The notes under the pieces are model-generated. The model was not told the DNA's origin. It made no database searches and saw only the letters and a program-made list of their open reading frames with translations. Position numbers and translations under genes: made by a program. Source: Candidatus Woesearchaeota archaeon (lineage in GTDB: Archaea; Nanobdellota; Nanobdellia; SCGC-AAA011-G17; GW2011-AR18). From it: a DNA stretch of 29,991 nt. Position 1 is the first letter of the stretch, and each line of letters begins with the position of its first letter. Positions 7,030 through 17,402 of this stretch are shown one piece after another. The stretch spans positions 1-29,991 of the forward strand of contig JAGVZG010000027.1 of NCBI GenBank assembly GCA_018302765.1, in the 5' to 3' direction.

Positions 7030-8418
7030 TTACTTTTTCTCTGTCAAAGAAACAGTAGAACTTCTAGCAGTAACAGCTCTTCCTAAAAGTAAATATTTAG
7101 CCACAGTTGCAGGCAGTACTAACTTACCCATAGCATTTATTTTTCCTTCAATCCTATAAGAAATTATCTTTTCCTCTCCAGGTTTTACTGAAGGTAAATC
7201 CCATACCAAAATTGTGCCGTCTGGAACAGCTTTAACATGAGAAGGCCTTAGCATCCCATGTTGTGTGGGGGACTTAATTGCACTTGGTACTCTGTCAACA
7301 ATTCTAAGATTATTTACAGTTAATCCGCCCCTATTTCTAACGTTTATTAAAACCTTCATAACTTTTACACTGCCAGTTTCTGTATGCATAGCAAAGACCC
7401 TTTTAACAACAACAACTGCATTTCTCTGCCTTACAACGTACCACACTAACAAAGCAATAATAATAATTAATAGAATAACTATTGGCAGTCTGTAATTAAC
7501 AGCGTAATTTACACTCTTATTACTCTGAGCAGGAACATTCAAGTCCCATTTTACAACATAACCTTCATCTGTTTTCTCAACGCTACTAGGTTCAGGATTA
7601 AAAGAAGCAAATTTATACGAAAACCAACCAAATACCCTTGTAAGTGTTTGCGTCACAGGAGTGTTACCTGTGTTTTCAAAAGTTACTGTTTCTCCAGTCA
7701 ATAAAAATCTTGTTTCAGGTAATGTCAATTGCTTAAGCTCTTGATATTCCTGAACAGAATAAGACAATAATTTATCTATCATTAAATTATTTCCAAGACT
7801 TATTTTTACATTAGTCTCATAATTTCCTCTAAGTGTATCTGGATCTAATTTAACTGGAAATTCCAAGATTGTATCTTCTGATCTGCCCAAACTTAAAGTC
7901 TTGGTAAACTTAAAATGTTCACTGCTTAATTCTAAATCAAGATTATTTAAATTAACAAGGTTTTTATTTTTAACATATAATTTTATAATAGTTCCTCTCC
8001 TAGGATCTATAACTGTATCTGTAGCAAAATTTACATCCAAAACTTCTCTATATCCTAGAACTTGTGCAGTCAAAAGTTTTTCAACATTAGTTAATTGTGT
8101 AGAAACAATAATCCTTACAATATAATTACCAGCCAAGATTTTATTGCCGCTTAAAGGTTTAAATGATATTGAATAATCTTTTGTCTGTCCTGGAGCAATA
8201 GTAAGTTTCATACCTTCTTGATCAAGTAGCCAGTTCAAGTCTGGAGATCTAAATTTCAGCTCTAAACTTGAATCCTCATTGTTTTTAAGGTGTAAAAGAT
8301 AACTGATTTTATCGCCTGGAAGAGATTCAGATTGTACATTGTCATAAGTTACCTCTAAAGCAGATACTGAAGCTATTGTTAATAAAAAAGTAATTAAAAC
8401 TAGTAAGCCTCTTTTCAT
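7030..8418 (-). CDS. Single-pass cell-surface protein with Ig-like (NPCBM-associated/CARDB/DUF11-like) domains on both sides of the membrane
   Basis: N-terminal signal peptide, beta-rich repeats (LHLKNNED, LYVKNKN, TFENTGN), TM helix LPIVILLIIIIALLVWYVV followed by RQR, C-terminal domain INVRNRG...IVDRVP...WDLPSVKPGEEKIISY. Confidence 0.7.
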   Translation of the reverse strand: MKRGLLVLITFLLTIASVSALEVTYDNVQSESLPGDKISYLLHLKNNEDSSLELKFRSPDLNWLLDQEGMKLTIAPGQTKDYSISFKPLSGNKILAGNYIVRIIVSTQLTNVEKLLTAQVLGYREVLDVNFATDTVIDPRRGTIIKLYVKNKNLVNLNNLDLELSSEHFKFTKTLSLGRSEDTILEFPVKLDPDTLRGNYETNVKISLGNNLMIDKLLSYSVQEYQELKQLTLPETRFLLTGETVTFENTGNTPVTQTLTRVFGWFSYKFASFNPEPSSVEKTDEGYVVKWDLNVPAQSNKSVNYAVNYRLPIVILLIIIIALLVWYVVRQRNAVVVVKRVFAMHTETGSVKVMKVLINVRNRGGLTVNNLRIVDRVPSAIKSPTQHGMLRPSHVKAVPDGTILVWDLPSVKPGEEKIISYRIEGKINAMGKLVLPATVAKYLLLGRAVTARSSTVSLTEKK

Positions 8419-8505
8419 ATATGTTTAAATATAATAACCACTATATAAATATTTCTGAAACATAATTTACAAAAAAATATTTTGCTAATTTAATATTCAA
8501 AAATT

Positions 8506-9789
8506 TTAATTATTCCATCTTCTTCTGCTAGAACCTGAACGATTTCCAAAATGTTTCTTTTCTTCACCAAAGGACTTATCTCTTGAATCTCCTCTAAATC
8601 CAGTGTTCTTAGAGTGGTCTCTTGACACTCTAAAATTCCCATCGCCACGCTCTCTTTTCTCATGAAACCTCTGGAATTTTACCATTTCAAAATGTGGAGG
8701 AACTACTTTCTGTATTTGTATTGATCTGTCGCTTAAAACTCTCCTGAAATTTTCATGGTCTCTTTCAGTTAATAATGTAACAGCATCACCCTGCATGCCA
8801 GCACGAGCAGTTCTTCCAATTCTGTGAATATAGTCCTCTGAACTCTTTGGAACATCGTAATTATAAACATGAGATACATTTTTTATGTCTAAGCCTCTGG
8901 CAGCAACATCAGTAGCAACTAATACAGCATTATCGTTTCCCTTCAATACTTCAAGAGCTTTAAGCCTTCTATTTTGTGTTAATCCGCCATGTATAGGAAC
9001 AGCTCTAATATCTTGCATGGATAAATTTCTACTTAAAACATCAACTTCTCTGCGAGTACCACAAAAAACTATAGCCAAACCTTTTAGATTTTTCTTAATT
9101 AGATGAACTAACAAAGAAAATTTTTCAGGTGTTTTAAGGTCATAATAAACTTGCTTTAATAAACACTTATCAACGTGTACATGGCCTTTTATAGTAACCG
9201 GAGATCTCAAATGCCTGTTAATTATATGCATAACTGTTGGAGGCAAAGTAGCGCTGAATAACAAAGTTTGTTTCTTACTAGGAATATATTTCATTATGTC
9301 TTCAACATCGTCAATAAAACCCATCTCAAACATTTTATCAGCTTCATCAAGAACAAAAAACTTGACATTGTTTAAATGAATTGTCTTTCTATTTATATGA
9401 TCTAAAATCCTACCAGGTGTCCCAACAACAATGTCTGCTTTTTTTACAGCCTCAATTTGTGGTTCAATTCCTACACCGCCATAAACACTTGCAACTTTTG
9501 TATGTAAAAATTTTGCAAAACTACGTAAAGCTTCTGTAACTTGAACGCACAATTCTCTAGTAGGCGTCAATACCAAAGCCTGAATACCTTTACCACATTC
9601 TAACTTCTCAAATATAGGCAAACCAAAAGCTGCAGTTTTCCCAGACCCAGTACTGGAATGTCCAAAAATATCCTTGCCTTCTAAAATAACAGGAATACAT
9701 TTCTCTTGTATTTGGGTAAATTCAGTAAATCCTAAATCATTTAAAGCCTTTAATAAATTAGGATTCAAATTTAATTCTTCTATTTTCAT
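8506..9789 (-). CDS. DEAD-box RNA helicase
   Basis: Q motif (FTQIQ), STGSGKT, PTRELC, GTPGRI, LDEADKM, SAT, ARGLD, YIHRIGRTAR; RG/S-rich C-terminal tail. Confidence 0.96.
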   Translation of the reverse strand: MKIEELNLNPNLLKALNDLGFTEFTQIQEKCIPVILEGKDIFGHSSTGSGKTAAFGLPIFEKLECGKGIQALVLTPTRELCVQVTEALRSFAKFLHTKVASVYGGVGIEPQIEAVKKADIVVGTPGRILDHINRKTIHLNNVKFFVLDEADKMFEMGFIDDVEDIMKYIPSKKQTLLFSATLPPTVMHIINRHLRSPVTIKGHVHVDKCLLKQVYYDLKTPEKFSLLVHLIKKNLKGLAIVFCGTRREVDVLSRNLSMQDIRAVPIHGGLTQNRRLKALEVLKGNDNAVLVATDVAARGLDIKNVSHVYNYDVPKSSEDYIHRIGRTARAGMQGDAVTLLTERDHENFRRVLSDRSIQIQKVVPPHFEMVKFQRFHEKRERGDGNFRVSRDHSKNTGFRGDSRDKSFGEEKKHFGNRSGSSRRRWNN

Positions 9790-9844
9790 CTATATTCAAA
9801 CTACTGATACAATACCTAGTTTATAAATAGTATGTTTTTTAGAA

Positions 9845-10375
9845 ATGCATTTAAATTTTAACATTAATATAAAAATATTGGGAAAATTACTAATTGCAGG
9901 GATAGATCCTGGTACAGTTGGAGCATATGCATTATTGGATATTGAAGGTAATATAATACATATTGACTCTGGAAGAGAGTTTAATCTAAGTAAAATAGCA
10001 CTGGAAATAACAAAACACGGCAAAGTGTTTATAATTGGATGTGATGTATATCAATGCCCCTCACTAACAAAAAAACTGGCAAGTATAATTGGCGCTAAAA
10101 TAATAACTCCAGATCATGATTTAAGACACCTAGAAAAAATAAAAATAGTCAATGAGTTCTTAAAGACAAAAAAAGAATTTATAGAACTAAAAAATAAACA
10201 TGAAAAAGATGCATTGGCAGCTGCTCTCTATGGACTAAAGAAAACAAAAACTTTAATCAAAAAAATTGACGATCACCTAAAGCAGAATAATAAAAAGCAC
10301 TTGTTTGAGGAAGTAAAAAGAAGAGTTTTATTAGAAGGAACCCCAATAGCAAAAGCAGTGAAATCATTAAGCTGA
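9845..10375 (+). CDS. DUF460-like protein (RNase H-like fold), short form
   Basis: IAGIDPGTVGAYALLDIEG, IIGCDV, PDHDL, NKHEKDALAAA match the archaeal DUF460/COG2433 N-terminal domain. Confidence 0.75.
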   Translation: MHLNFNINIKILGKLLIAGIDPGTVGAYALLDIEGNIIHIDSGREFNLSKIALEITKHGKVFIIGCDVYQCPSLTKKLASIIGAKIITPDHDLRHLEKIKIVNEFLKTKKEFIELKNKHEKDALAAALYGLKKTKTLIKKIDDHLKQNNKKHLFEEVKRRVLLEGTPIAKAVKSLS

Positions 10376-10936
10376 AATTTTTAGTAATTCTTCTAAAACA
10401 ATTGGAACTTTTTCAACGCCATCATTCTCAGTGTAATGGCCCTTATTCTTTTCAAATATAACTTTTGCATTTAGCTTTTCTTTAAATATTTTAGAATCAG
10501 TTAAAGGCACAAAAGGATCATTTTCAGAAAATATTGAAATAAATTTTTTGCAATGGCTCTTTGTCTTAGCTAAGTTTATTTTAGTTTTTAGCCAAGGCAC
10601 GGCAATTCTCTCTGATTCTTTATCTTCAATATTAACTAGGTTAAACCAGCCTGCAACAAATATTGCACCGCCTATTTTAGTATTTATATTTTGCAAATAC
10701 CTCATAATAGTCTGGCATCCAATGCTATGTCCTACAAAATAAGTATTTTCATCAGGCTTCACAACAATTTTGCTTAAATAACCAACCCAAGAATTAATTT
10801 TAGGTTCATCAGTATCTGGCATTGCAGGAACACTAATTTCAAATCTATTTTCAATTAACTCATTCTTCAACCAAGAAAGCCACTTTTCTTCAGGATGTCC
10901 TCCCCAGCCATGAATTATGAAAACCCTTTTTGTCAT
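10367..10936 (-). CDS. RBBP9/YdeN-family alpha/beta hydrolase
   Basis: IIHGWGG, nucleophile elbow GHSIG, catalytic Asp (SENDPFV) and His (KGHY). Confidence 0.9.
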   Translation of the reverse strand: MTKRVFIIHGWGGHPEEKWLSWLKNELIENRFEISVPAMPDTDEPKINSWVGYLSKIVVKPDENTYFVGHSIGCQTIMRYLQNINTKIGGAIFVAGWFNLVNIEDKESERIAVPWLKTKINLAKTKSHCKKFISIFSENDPFVPLTDSKIFKEKLNAKVIFEKNKGHYTENDGVEKVPIVLEELLKISA

Positions 10937-10966
10937 ACAAACACAAGGATAATATAAATTATAAAA

Positions 10967-13018
10967 CTAACTAATACTGCTTACATGTCCATCTTTTTTT
11001 ATTCTAATAATATTATCAACAAAACTTTCAATTTTAGATTCATGACTTACAATAATAACTTGTCTCATATTTAATTCAGACAAAACACCCCTTATTTTAT
11101 CCAACTGCTCAGAACTAAATCCATCTGTAGGTTCATCTAATATAATTAAATCCTTTGTATTCACTGATGACATAATAGTATTGATTACATGATTTAATGC
11201 AAGCCTATATGCTAAAGCGCAAGCTGTCTTTTCTCCACCGCTTAAATTTTCATATTCTATATCATGACTATTCTGTTCTATTAAAGGAGTAAATTCCTCA
11301 TCAAGCTTAACTTTTATTATGTCATTGTCCATAAGCATAGAAAACCACTTCTGAAATAAAAGATTGAAATCATTGTGCAATTTCAACATAATTTTTCTTT
11401 CTATGAGATCAACAAGGTTGACAAAAAAACCATCTAGCCAGTCCTGCAATTTAATATAGTAATCCAGCTTTTCTTTAGCTTTTTCTTTGTATTCTATCTC
11501 AGATCTTATCTGTATTATATCTTTATTCAACAAATCATAGTCTTTATTGAATAAAGCAACACCAAGCTCTAATTTTTTCTGCTCATCTAACAAAATATCT
11601 AATTCATTCTTAGCTGACTTATAATTAATTTCTATATCTTTGAGTTTAAAAATATCATCTTCCAAATTAGTCTTCTTAAGTAATATTTCCCTAACAAGTA
11701 ACTCAATATCTTCTTGCTCTTTTTTTAAACCCTTAATAATATCTTTCTTTGCCTCCAACTCAGCAAATCTAACTTTAGAAATCTCATATTCTTTCTCTTG
11801 ACTACGATAATTTTGTAAATCTTCCTTTAATTGCTTAATTTTCAGAACCATATCATTTTCTTTCTTATAAAAAATATCTAAATCAGATTCAAATTTTTTA
11901 ATTAATTCATCTTCTCTTTTACTAACTTCATGTTTGTGCTCCTGAAAAACGCCTTGTCTGCATAAAGGGCAAAAATCTAAATTTGTTATCTTTGATTTTA
12001 TTTCTTCACTGTTTAATTTTTTGCTTTTTGTCTCTACTCTTTTATTTGTAATTTCTCTTAATTCCTTATCCAAAGTGTCTAGAAATTTCTCATTTTGAAT
12101 TATTTTTTCTTTTAAACCTTCAAAACCTGATATCTTTATACTGCCTGACAAATCTAAGACTTGTTTTTCAAGAACATTTAATTGGTTTAAAATTCTTAAT
12201 TTCAATTCATCTTTAGATTTTATACTATGATTTACAATCTCAAGTTCATTTCTAAATTCATTTAATTTAGCTATATTTTGCTCAAAATCTGTAATTACTT
12301 GCTTTTTAATAGCTATTAAGCTTGAACTAGCTTCTAATCTTTTTTTATTTATTTCAATTTTATCCTTAACTTTAATCAGCTCCAGTTCTATTTCTTTAAT
12401 CTTTAATCTTTTAGACTCTAAATCAGAAACTAACAACAAATACTCTTTCTTCTTCTGCTTAACTTCGTTTAAAACAATCTTTGAATTTTCTTTTATTCTT
12501 TTATATCTGTCTATATTAAACACTCTTCTTAATGTTTCTATTCTATATTCCTTATCCCCAAGTAATATTAACTTCATCTCTTCCTGTGGGGTATAAACTG
12601 TATATCTATAAATCAATGATTTTTTAGTCAACATCTCTGGAGGATAATTAATTATGTCCAAAATCCTCTGCTTTAATTCAACAGGAGTTAACTCTTGAGT
12701 AATATCATTCAAAGTAATATAACCAGAATTCTGAACTATACCGTTAACAGTTTTCTTCAGTGTTCTCTTAATAATAACATCCTTTTCATCAATAGAGAAA
12801 TTTAAAATAACAAACCCCTCATTCGCACCATTTCTAAGCAAGGCAGATCCAGACAATTCTCCTCTTCTTATTCCAAATAAAGCAAAGTCTACAGCCAATA
12901 AAATTGTACTTTTACCAGAACCTATGTCTCCAGAAAGCAAGGTTACTCCATCTGGAAAAACAAGTTCCTGTTCAATATAGCTCCTTATATTTTTTAATCT
13001 TATTTTTCTCAATAGCAT
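10967..13018 (-). CDS. rad50: Rad50/SbcC SMC-family ATPase
   Basis: Walker A GDIGSGKST, Q-loop, coiled coils with central zinc hook CPLC, signature LSGGE, LDEPT, H-loop VSH; starts 1 nt after mre11. Confidence 0.93.
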   Translation of the reverse strand: MLLRKIRLKNIRSYIEQELVFPDGVTLLSGDIGSGKSTILLAVDFALFGIRRGELSGSALLRNGANEGFVILNFSIDEKDVIIKRTLKKTVNGIVQNSGYITLNDITQELTPVELKQRILDIINYPPEMLTKKSLIYRYTVYTPQEEMKLILLGDKEYRIETLRRVFNIDRYKRIKENSKIVLNEVKQKKKEYLLLVSDLESKRLKIKEIELELIKVKDKIEINKKRLEASSSLIAIKKQVITDFEQNIAKLNEFRNELEIVNHSIKSKDELKLRILNQLNVLEKQVLDLSGSIKISGFEGLKEKIIQNEKFLDTLDKELREITNKRVETKSKKLNSEEIKSKITNLDFCPLCRQGVFQEHKHEVSKREDELIKKFESDLDIFYKKENDMVLKIKQLKEDLQNYRSQEKEYEISKVRFAELEAKKDIIKGLKKEQEDIELLVREILLKKTNLEDDIFKLKDIEINYKSAKNELDILLDEQKKLELGVALFNKDYDLLNKDIIQIRSEIEYKEKAKEKLDYYIKLQDWLDGFFVNLVDLIERKIMLKLHNDFNLLFQKWFSMLMDNDIIKVKLDEEFTPLIEQNSHDIEYENLSGGEKTACALAYRLALNHVINTIMSSVNTKDLIILDEPTDGFSSEQLDKIRGVLSELNMRQVIIVSHESKIESFVDNIIRIKKDGHVSSIS

Positions 13019-13019
13019 T

Positions 13020-14195
13020 TTACAAACCTATCAAATCAGCAATATCCTTTACAACTCTATTATCAAAATCTGAATTTTTCTCTCCTTCAAATTTTTCTTT
13101 GTCCAAAACCTTGATAATATCTAATATTTTATATTCATCAAAAATAGATTGCTTAGAATGTTCTTTAATAACAGATATTTCTATGTCATCAACATTCCTC
13201 AGATCAACAGAAAGCTCATTAAATTCATTAGTAGTCAGCTTATTTGTATTTTTTAACACATAATAAGCATCTTTAAAGTTCTCCAATAAACCCTTAAAAT
13301 TTATATCGCTTAATTTTCCAGATTTAATGCAGCCTTCAATTCTTAAAGTTAATATCTTACCTTTATAATTCTGCACTGTGTCTAAAATATCTTGCTCTAC
13401 CTGTCTAGGAGTTTTATCATTAGCATCTATAAAATAAGATACAACTTCTAGAATATTTAACGGTATATGTTTTGCTTCAACTTTTCCTTCTTTTACATCC
13501 GCAATAAAAAATCCGCCATGCTTCAAACTCTCAAGCTCCTGAAAATTATTTGGATAAATTGGACCAGGGTAAGATATAAGGCCATAACTATTGTGGTATT
13601 TACTATAAACAAAATGAGGATGGCCGCCAGCATAATAATTAAAACCCATTGGCAATATTGACAAAGAACTAGCTTCAACCATTTCAAATTCTTTAGGTTT
13701 TAGCTCATTAATTAAAGTATGAAATAAAAATATCTTAAATCCATCCTCATTCTCAAGATGAACTTTATCTAATTTATCATAGTCTACTATTTCTAAACCT
13801 CCCTTTTTTCCATAAATACCTGTAAGTTTGACTCCTGTTTTGTCTGTAGTAAACTGCAATTTTCCCTCTTCAAATTTCATAACATTAGTTACTAAACCTG
13901 CATTCTCAAGAACATCCAGCATTGTCTTGCCAGAAGCAGAAAAATCATGCGAACCAGGAATTATATAAACAGGAATATCATAATCATTTAATTTGCTTAA
14001 TATTTTTGCTGTTTGTTTTAAAATTTCAATAGAAGGCAAAGCAGTATCAAATAAATCACCAGCAATAATAACAAAGCCGACATGCTCTGTTATACAAATG
14101 TCAACTGCCTTTTCAAAACTTCTTAGATTAATATTCCTTAAAGTGTCTTCCCTCCATCCTCCTATATGGCAATCACTAAAATGAGCAAATTTCAT
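13020..14195 (-). CDS. mre11: Mre11/SbcD metallophosphoesterase nuclease
   Basis: SDCHIG, AGDLFD, PGSHD, LFH, GGHPH motifs; directly upstream of rad50. Confidence 0.92.
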   Translation of the reverse strand: MKFAHFSDCHIGGWREDTLRNINLRSFEKAVDICITEHVGFVIIAGDLFDTALPSIEILKQTAKILSKLNDYDIPVYIIPGSHDFSASGKTMLDVLENAGLVTNVMKFEEGKLQFTTDKTGVKLTGIYGKKGGLEIVDYDKLDKVHLENEDGFKIFLFHTLINELKPKEFEMVEASSLSILPMGFNYYAGGHPHFVYSKYHNSYGLISYPGPIYPNNFQELESLKHGGFFIADVKEGKVEAKHIPLNILEVVSYFIDANDKTPRQVEQDILDTVQNYKGKILTLRIEGCIKSGKLSDINFKGLLENFKDAYYVLKNTNKLTTNEFNELSVDLRNVDDIEISVIKEHSKQSIFDEYKILDIIKVLDKEKFEGEKNSDFDNRVVKDIADLIGL

Positions 14196-14258
14196 AACTG
14201 TAAAAAATTCAAAACGTTTTTATAATTAATTATAGTAGAATAAATACTTCTGTTAATA

Positions 14259-14480
14259 TTACTTAAGAACTTTGATAATTTTTACAGGACAATCCTTGGC
14301 AGCTTGCTCATTTTCAGCAACTTCAACCTGAGTTACATCACGAACATAAAAATCTTTTTTCTTCATTGAGCCTTTAAGTCTTGCTTTACCATCCAAATCA
14401 ATAAACCAGCAGTCAGGCGTATGTTCTATACAAACACCACAACCAATACATTTGTTTCTATAGTGTATTATTTTTAACAT
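14259..14480 (-). CDS. Single-cluster ferredoxin
   Basis: CIGCGVC ... DCPV; overlaps the 3' end of the U32 gene. Confidence 0.88.
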   Translation of the reverse strand: MLKIIHYRNKCIGCGVCIEHTPDCWFIDLDGKARLKGSMKKKDFYVRDVTQVEVAENEQAAKDCPVKIIKVLK

Positions 14481-15720
14481 TTCTATCTCTTAATAAAAAT
14501 AATTTATCATTTTTTCTCACTTTTTCATTTGTATGAACAGTAGCTCTGTTTCCTTTAAAAACAGAATTTACAAACTCACCGTCTTTTATTATGCTTTCAA
14601 CCTTAGACTGAACAACGCCTGTAGTAGGACCAGTAACAATAATTTCATCTCCAACACTTAAAGAACCAGATTGCAAAATAAATTCAGCAATTTTGGATTT
14701 AGCGAAATAATTAATAACACTACCAATTAAAAATTTCTCCTTTGTTGCCTGAGAACCATAAGCACCGCTCCATTCTCCTAATTTTTTTCCTAGATAATAA
14801 CCACCATTCCAAAAACCCCTATTAAATACAGTTTCCAAGTGTTTTATCCATTCAATAACTTTGGCTTTTGTATAAGTCCCATCAAAATAAGAATCAATAG
14901 ATTCCTTATAAGCCTTAGTTACTGCATAAACGTATTCAGGCCCTCTCCCTCTTCCTTCTATCTTGAAAACACTTGCGCCGGAACTTACTAGCTTGTCAAT
15001 AAAGCTTATAGTACAAATATCCTTTGGAGACATAACATATTTATTATCTAAAACTAATTCATCTCCAGTCTCATCATCTATAACTCTGTAAGATCTTCTG
15101 CAATTTTGAAGACAAGCCCCCCTATTGGCAGAAGAATTGAACGTTGCCAAGCTCATATAACACTTTCCAGATATGGCAACGCACATAGCGCCATGAATAA
15201 AAATCTCTATCTTTACTAATTCTCCATTAGGTCCTTTAATTTTCTCTTTCTTAATTTCATTACAAATATCTGTTATCTGCTTCAAAGTTAGTTCTCTAGC
15301 CAGAACAATTATATCTGAAAACCTAGAATAAAATCTAACAGCTTCTATATTGCTGATATTTAATTGCGTTGAGCAATTTGCGCTTAATCCAACTGAATTA
15401 GCATAAACCAAGGCAGCCATATCACTGGCAATAACAGCACTAACTCCAGTTTCCTTGGCTGCGTCACATATCTTCTTCATTAATGGAATGTCATGATCAT
15501 ACAAAACAGTATTAAGAGTTAGATAAGAATTTAAATTATTTTTTTTGCATATTTTCACAATCTTCTTTAAGTCTTTTATAGTAAAATTATCAGCTGACTT
15601 TGCTCTCATATTCAGCTGTTCTACTCCAAAGTAAACAGAATCAGCTCCAGCCTTTATTGCAGCCATTAATGATTCATAAGATCCTACAGGCGCCAATAAT
15701 TCTACATTATTTTTAACCAT
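14458..15720 (-). CDS. Peptidase U32-family Fe-S protein (TrhP-like RNA hydroxylation factor)
   Basis: ELLAPVG, GADSVYFG, LARELTL, FIHGAMCVAISGKC, NRGACLQNCR, SPKD, FKIEGR, plus a C-terminal beta-barrel. Confidence 0.9.
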   Translation of the reverse strand: MVKNNVELLAPVGSYESLMAAIKAGADSVYFGVEQLNMRAKSADNFTIKDLKKIVKICKKNNLNSYLTLNTVLYDHDIPLMKKICDAAKETGVSAVIASDMAALVYANSVGLSANCSTQLNISNIEAVRFYSRFSDIIVLARELTLKQITDICNEIKKEKIKGPNGELVKIEIFIHGAMCVAISGKCYMSLATFNSSANRGACLQNCRRSYRVIDDETGDELVLDNKYVMSPKDICTISFIDKLVSSGASVFKIEGRGRGPEYVYAVTKAYKESIDSYFDGTYTKAKVIEWIKHLETVFNRGFWNGGYYLGKKLGEWSGAYGSQATKEKFLIGSVINYFAKSKIAEFILQSGSLSVGDEIIVTGPTTGVVQSKVESIIKDGEFVNSVFKGNRATVHTNEKVRKNDKLFLLRDRNVKNNTL

Positions 15721-16034
15721 AGAAAGCTGATCTGAATAAATCTATTAAATCTTTTGTTTACTATTTTTAGATTCTAGCATTTATTTTAAGTATCAAGGTT
15801 AATAATCTTTAAGCGCAAATACAAAATCTCACTTTTTTTATCAAAATATGATTTGTGAATAAAAAAATTTATAAATTTTTCTATTTGTAACTACTACATA
15901 ATAGAATATTACTACCACTATAAGTTCCTTCATAATATCAAAAGAAAATAAAAGTAACTGTATTTGTATCTTCATTAATTTCAAACTTCAAGACAAAACA
16001 TTTCATGATATTAATTCATTTTTCTCCTACTAAA

Positions 16035-17372
16035 TCAAAACTTCAATCTCTGTCCATCACTAACGATATGAATATTTTCTCCCAATTTGTAACCTAAACC
16101 TTCAGCCATTTTAGCAACTGAGCTTTCCATTGCCATGTTTCCCTGAGAAGGAATTATGTGCATCGGTTTTACCATTGTTATAAAATCTCTTATGTCTTCA
16201 AGAGAAGCATGGCCAGAACTATGGACGTTAGTAAATATCCTAACTTTAGCTGATTTCAAAGAATTTTCTAAATTATCTCTGTTGGCAATATTCATAGGCA
16301 CAGGTATTGTCCTGCATGAAAAAACTATAATGTCTCCCTCTCTAAAATTAAAAGGAAGTTGCTTATTTACAATTTTATCTAAAACAGAACCAGGCTCACC
16401 TTGCGACCCAGTAGTTATCACCAGATATTTTTCCCTTTTCTCATCTATCTCTTTAAGTTTTCTTTTTCTCTGTCCGCCATAACCTATTATTTCTGCGTCT
16501 CTAGAAAATTTTACAAGGCTTAAATGCTCAGCAGATTCATTGTATTTAACCATGCTTCTCCCAAGTATAACAACCTTTCTCCCTAATTTCTTGCCAAATT
16601 CTATAGCACTTTTTATTCTGGCAATATTAGAAGCAAATGTTGTAACAAAAATTGCTTTACCCTTGCTGTCTGTCTCTAATAAAACTTCTTTTAATAATTC
16701 TCTAGCAACTTTCTCACTTGGAGTTTTGCCTTCCACTAAACCATTGATACACTCAACAACTAAGGCAATTAAATTTCCTTCTTTACCAATTTCTTGTAAT
16801 CTTTTGTAATTTGGCTTATCACCTAACACAGGATCATTATCAAATTTAAAGTCATTGGCATACAAAACAATGCCATTAGGAGTATGGACTGCAATCATTG
16901 CACATTGTAATGTAGAGTGGGACATAGAAATTAATTCTATCTTTATGTTATCAGAGATTTTAATTGTGTCATCCAATTCAACAGAAACAAATTTATTTGA
17001 TAATTTTATATTATCATCTTTTAGTATTGACTTTAAAACTTGTAGAGTATAAGGAGAACCCATTATGGGGCACTTATATTTTTCAGCTAAAAATTGTACA
17101 GCTGCAATATGGTCATAGTGTCCATGGCCTAAAATAATTGCTTTTACCATGTGCTTCCAGTCTTCTATTTTTCTGTCATCTGGAATAGCCCTTATATCCA
17201 TTAATTCTTGGGCAGAAAGCATTTTTGTAGAGCCTTCCTCTTTCTCATAAGTTGAAATGGCCTGTATACTTACACCCATATCTAATATAACAACTTCGTC
17301 TCCAACTCTAACAGCAGTCATATTCCTTCCTACATCAGAATAGCCGCTTACAGCACAAACCTCAATATCCAT
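16035..17372 (-). CDS. rnj: Archaeal RNase J (metallo-beta-lactamase/beta-CASP)
   Basis: SGYSDVGRNMT, ILDMG, HGHYDH, HST, DFKFD, FASNIARI, TGSQGEP, HSSGHA. Confidence 0.92.
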   Translation of the reverse strand: MDIEVCAVSGYSDVGRNMTAVRVGDEVVILDMGVSIQAISTYEKEEGSTKMLSAQELMDIRAIPDDRKIEDWKHMVKAIILGHGHYDHIAAVQFLAEKYKCPIMGSPYTLQVLKSILKDDNIKLSNKFVSVELDDTIKISDNIKIELISMSHSTLQCAMIAVHTPNGIVLYANDFKFDNDPVLGDKPNYKRLQEIGKEGNLIALVVECINGLVEGKTPSEKVARELLKEVLLETDSKGKAIFVTTFASNIARIKSAIEFGKKLGRKVVILGRSMVKYNESAEHLSLVKFSRDAEIIGYGGQRKRKLKEIDEKREKYLVITTGSQGEPGSVLDKIVNKQLPFNFREGDIIVFSCRTIPVPMNIANRDNLENSLKSAKVRIFTNVHSSGHASLEDIRDFITMVKPMHIIPSQGNMAMESSVAKMAEGLGYKLGENIHIVSDGQRLKF

Positions 17373-17402
17373 ATAAATTAAAAAGAAAAGTCCTTTATAA
17401 AA

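Noticed and set aside
10967-14195. Compact Rad50 (683 aa), Mre11 GSH instead of GNH, and no nurA/herA next door
   Set aside because: All catalytic motifs are intact, and shortened arms and unlinked nurA/herA are plausible in reduced archaea; nothing more can be concluded from this window.
15721-16034. GGAG + ATG AAT TAA at ~16012-16030 and short minus-strand ORFs in this 314-bp gap
   Set aside because: Immediate stop after the ATG and only low-complexity ORFs of ~22-44 codons; it could be a decayed gene, but I cannot support it.
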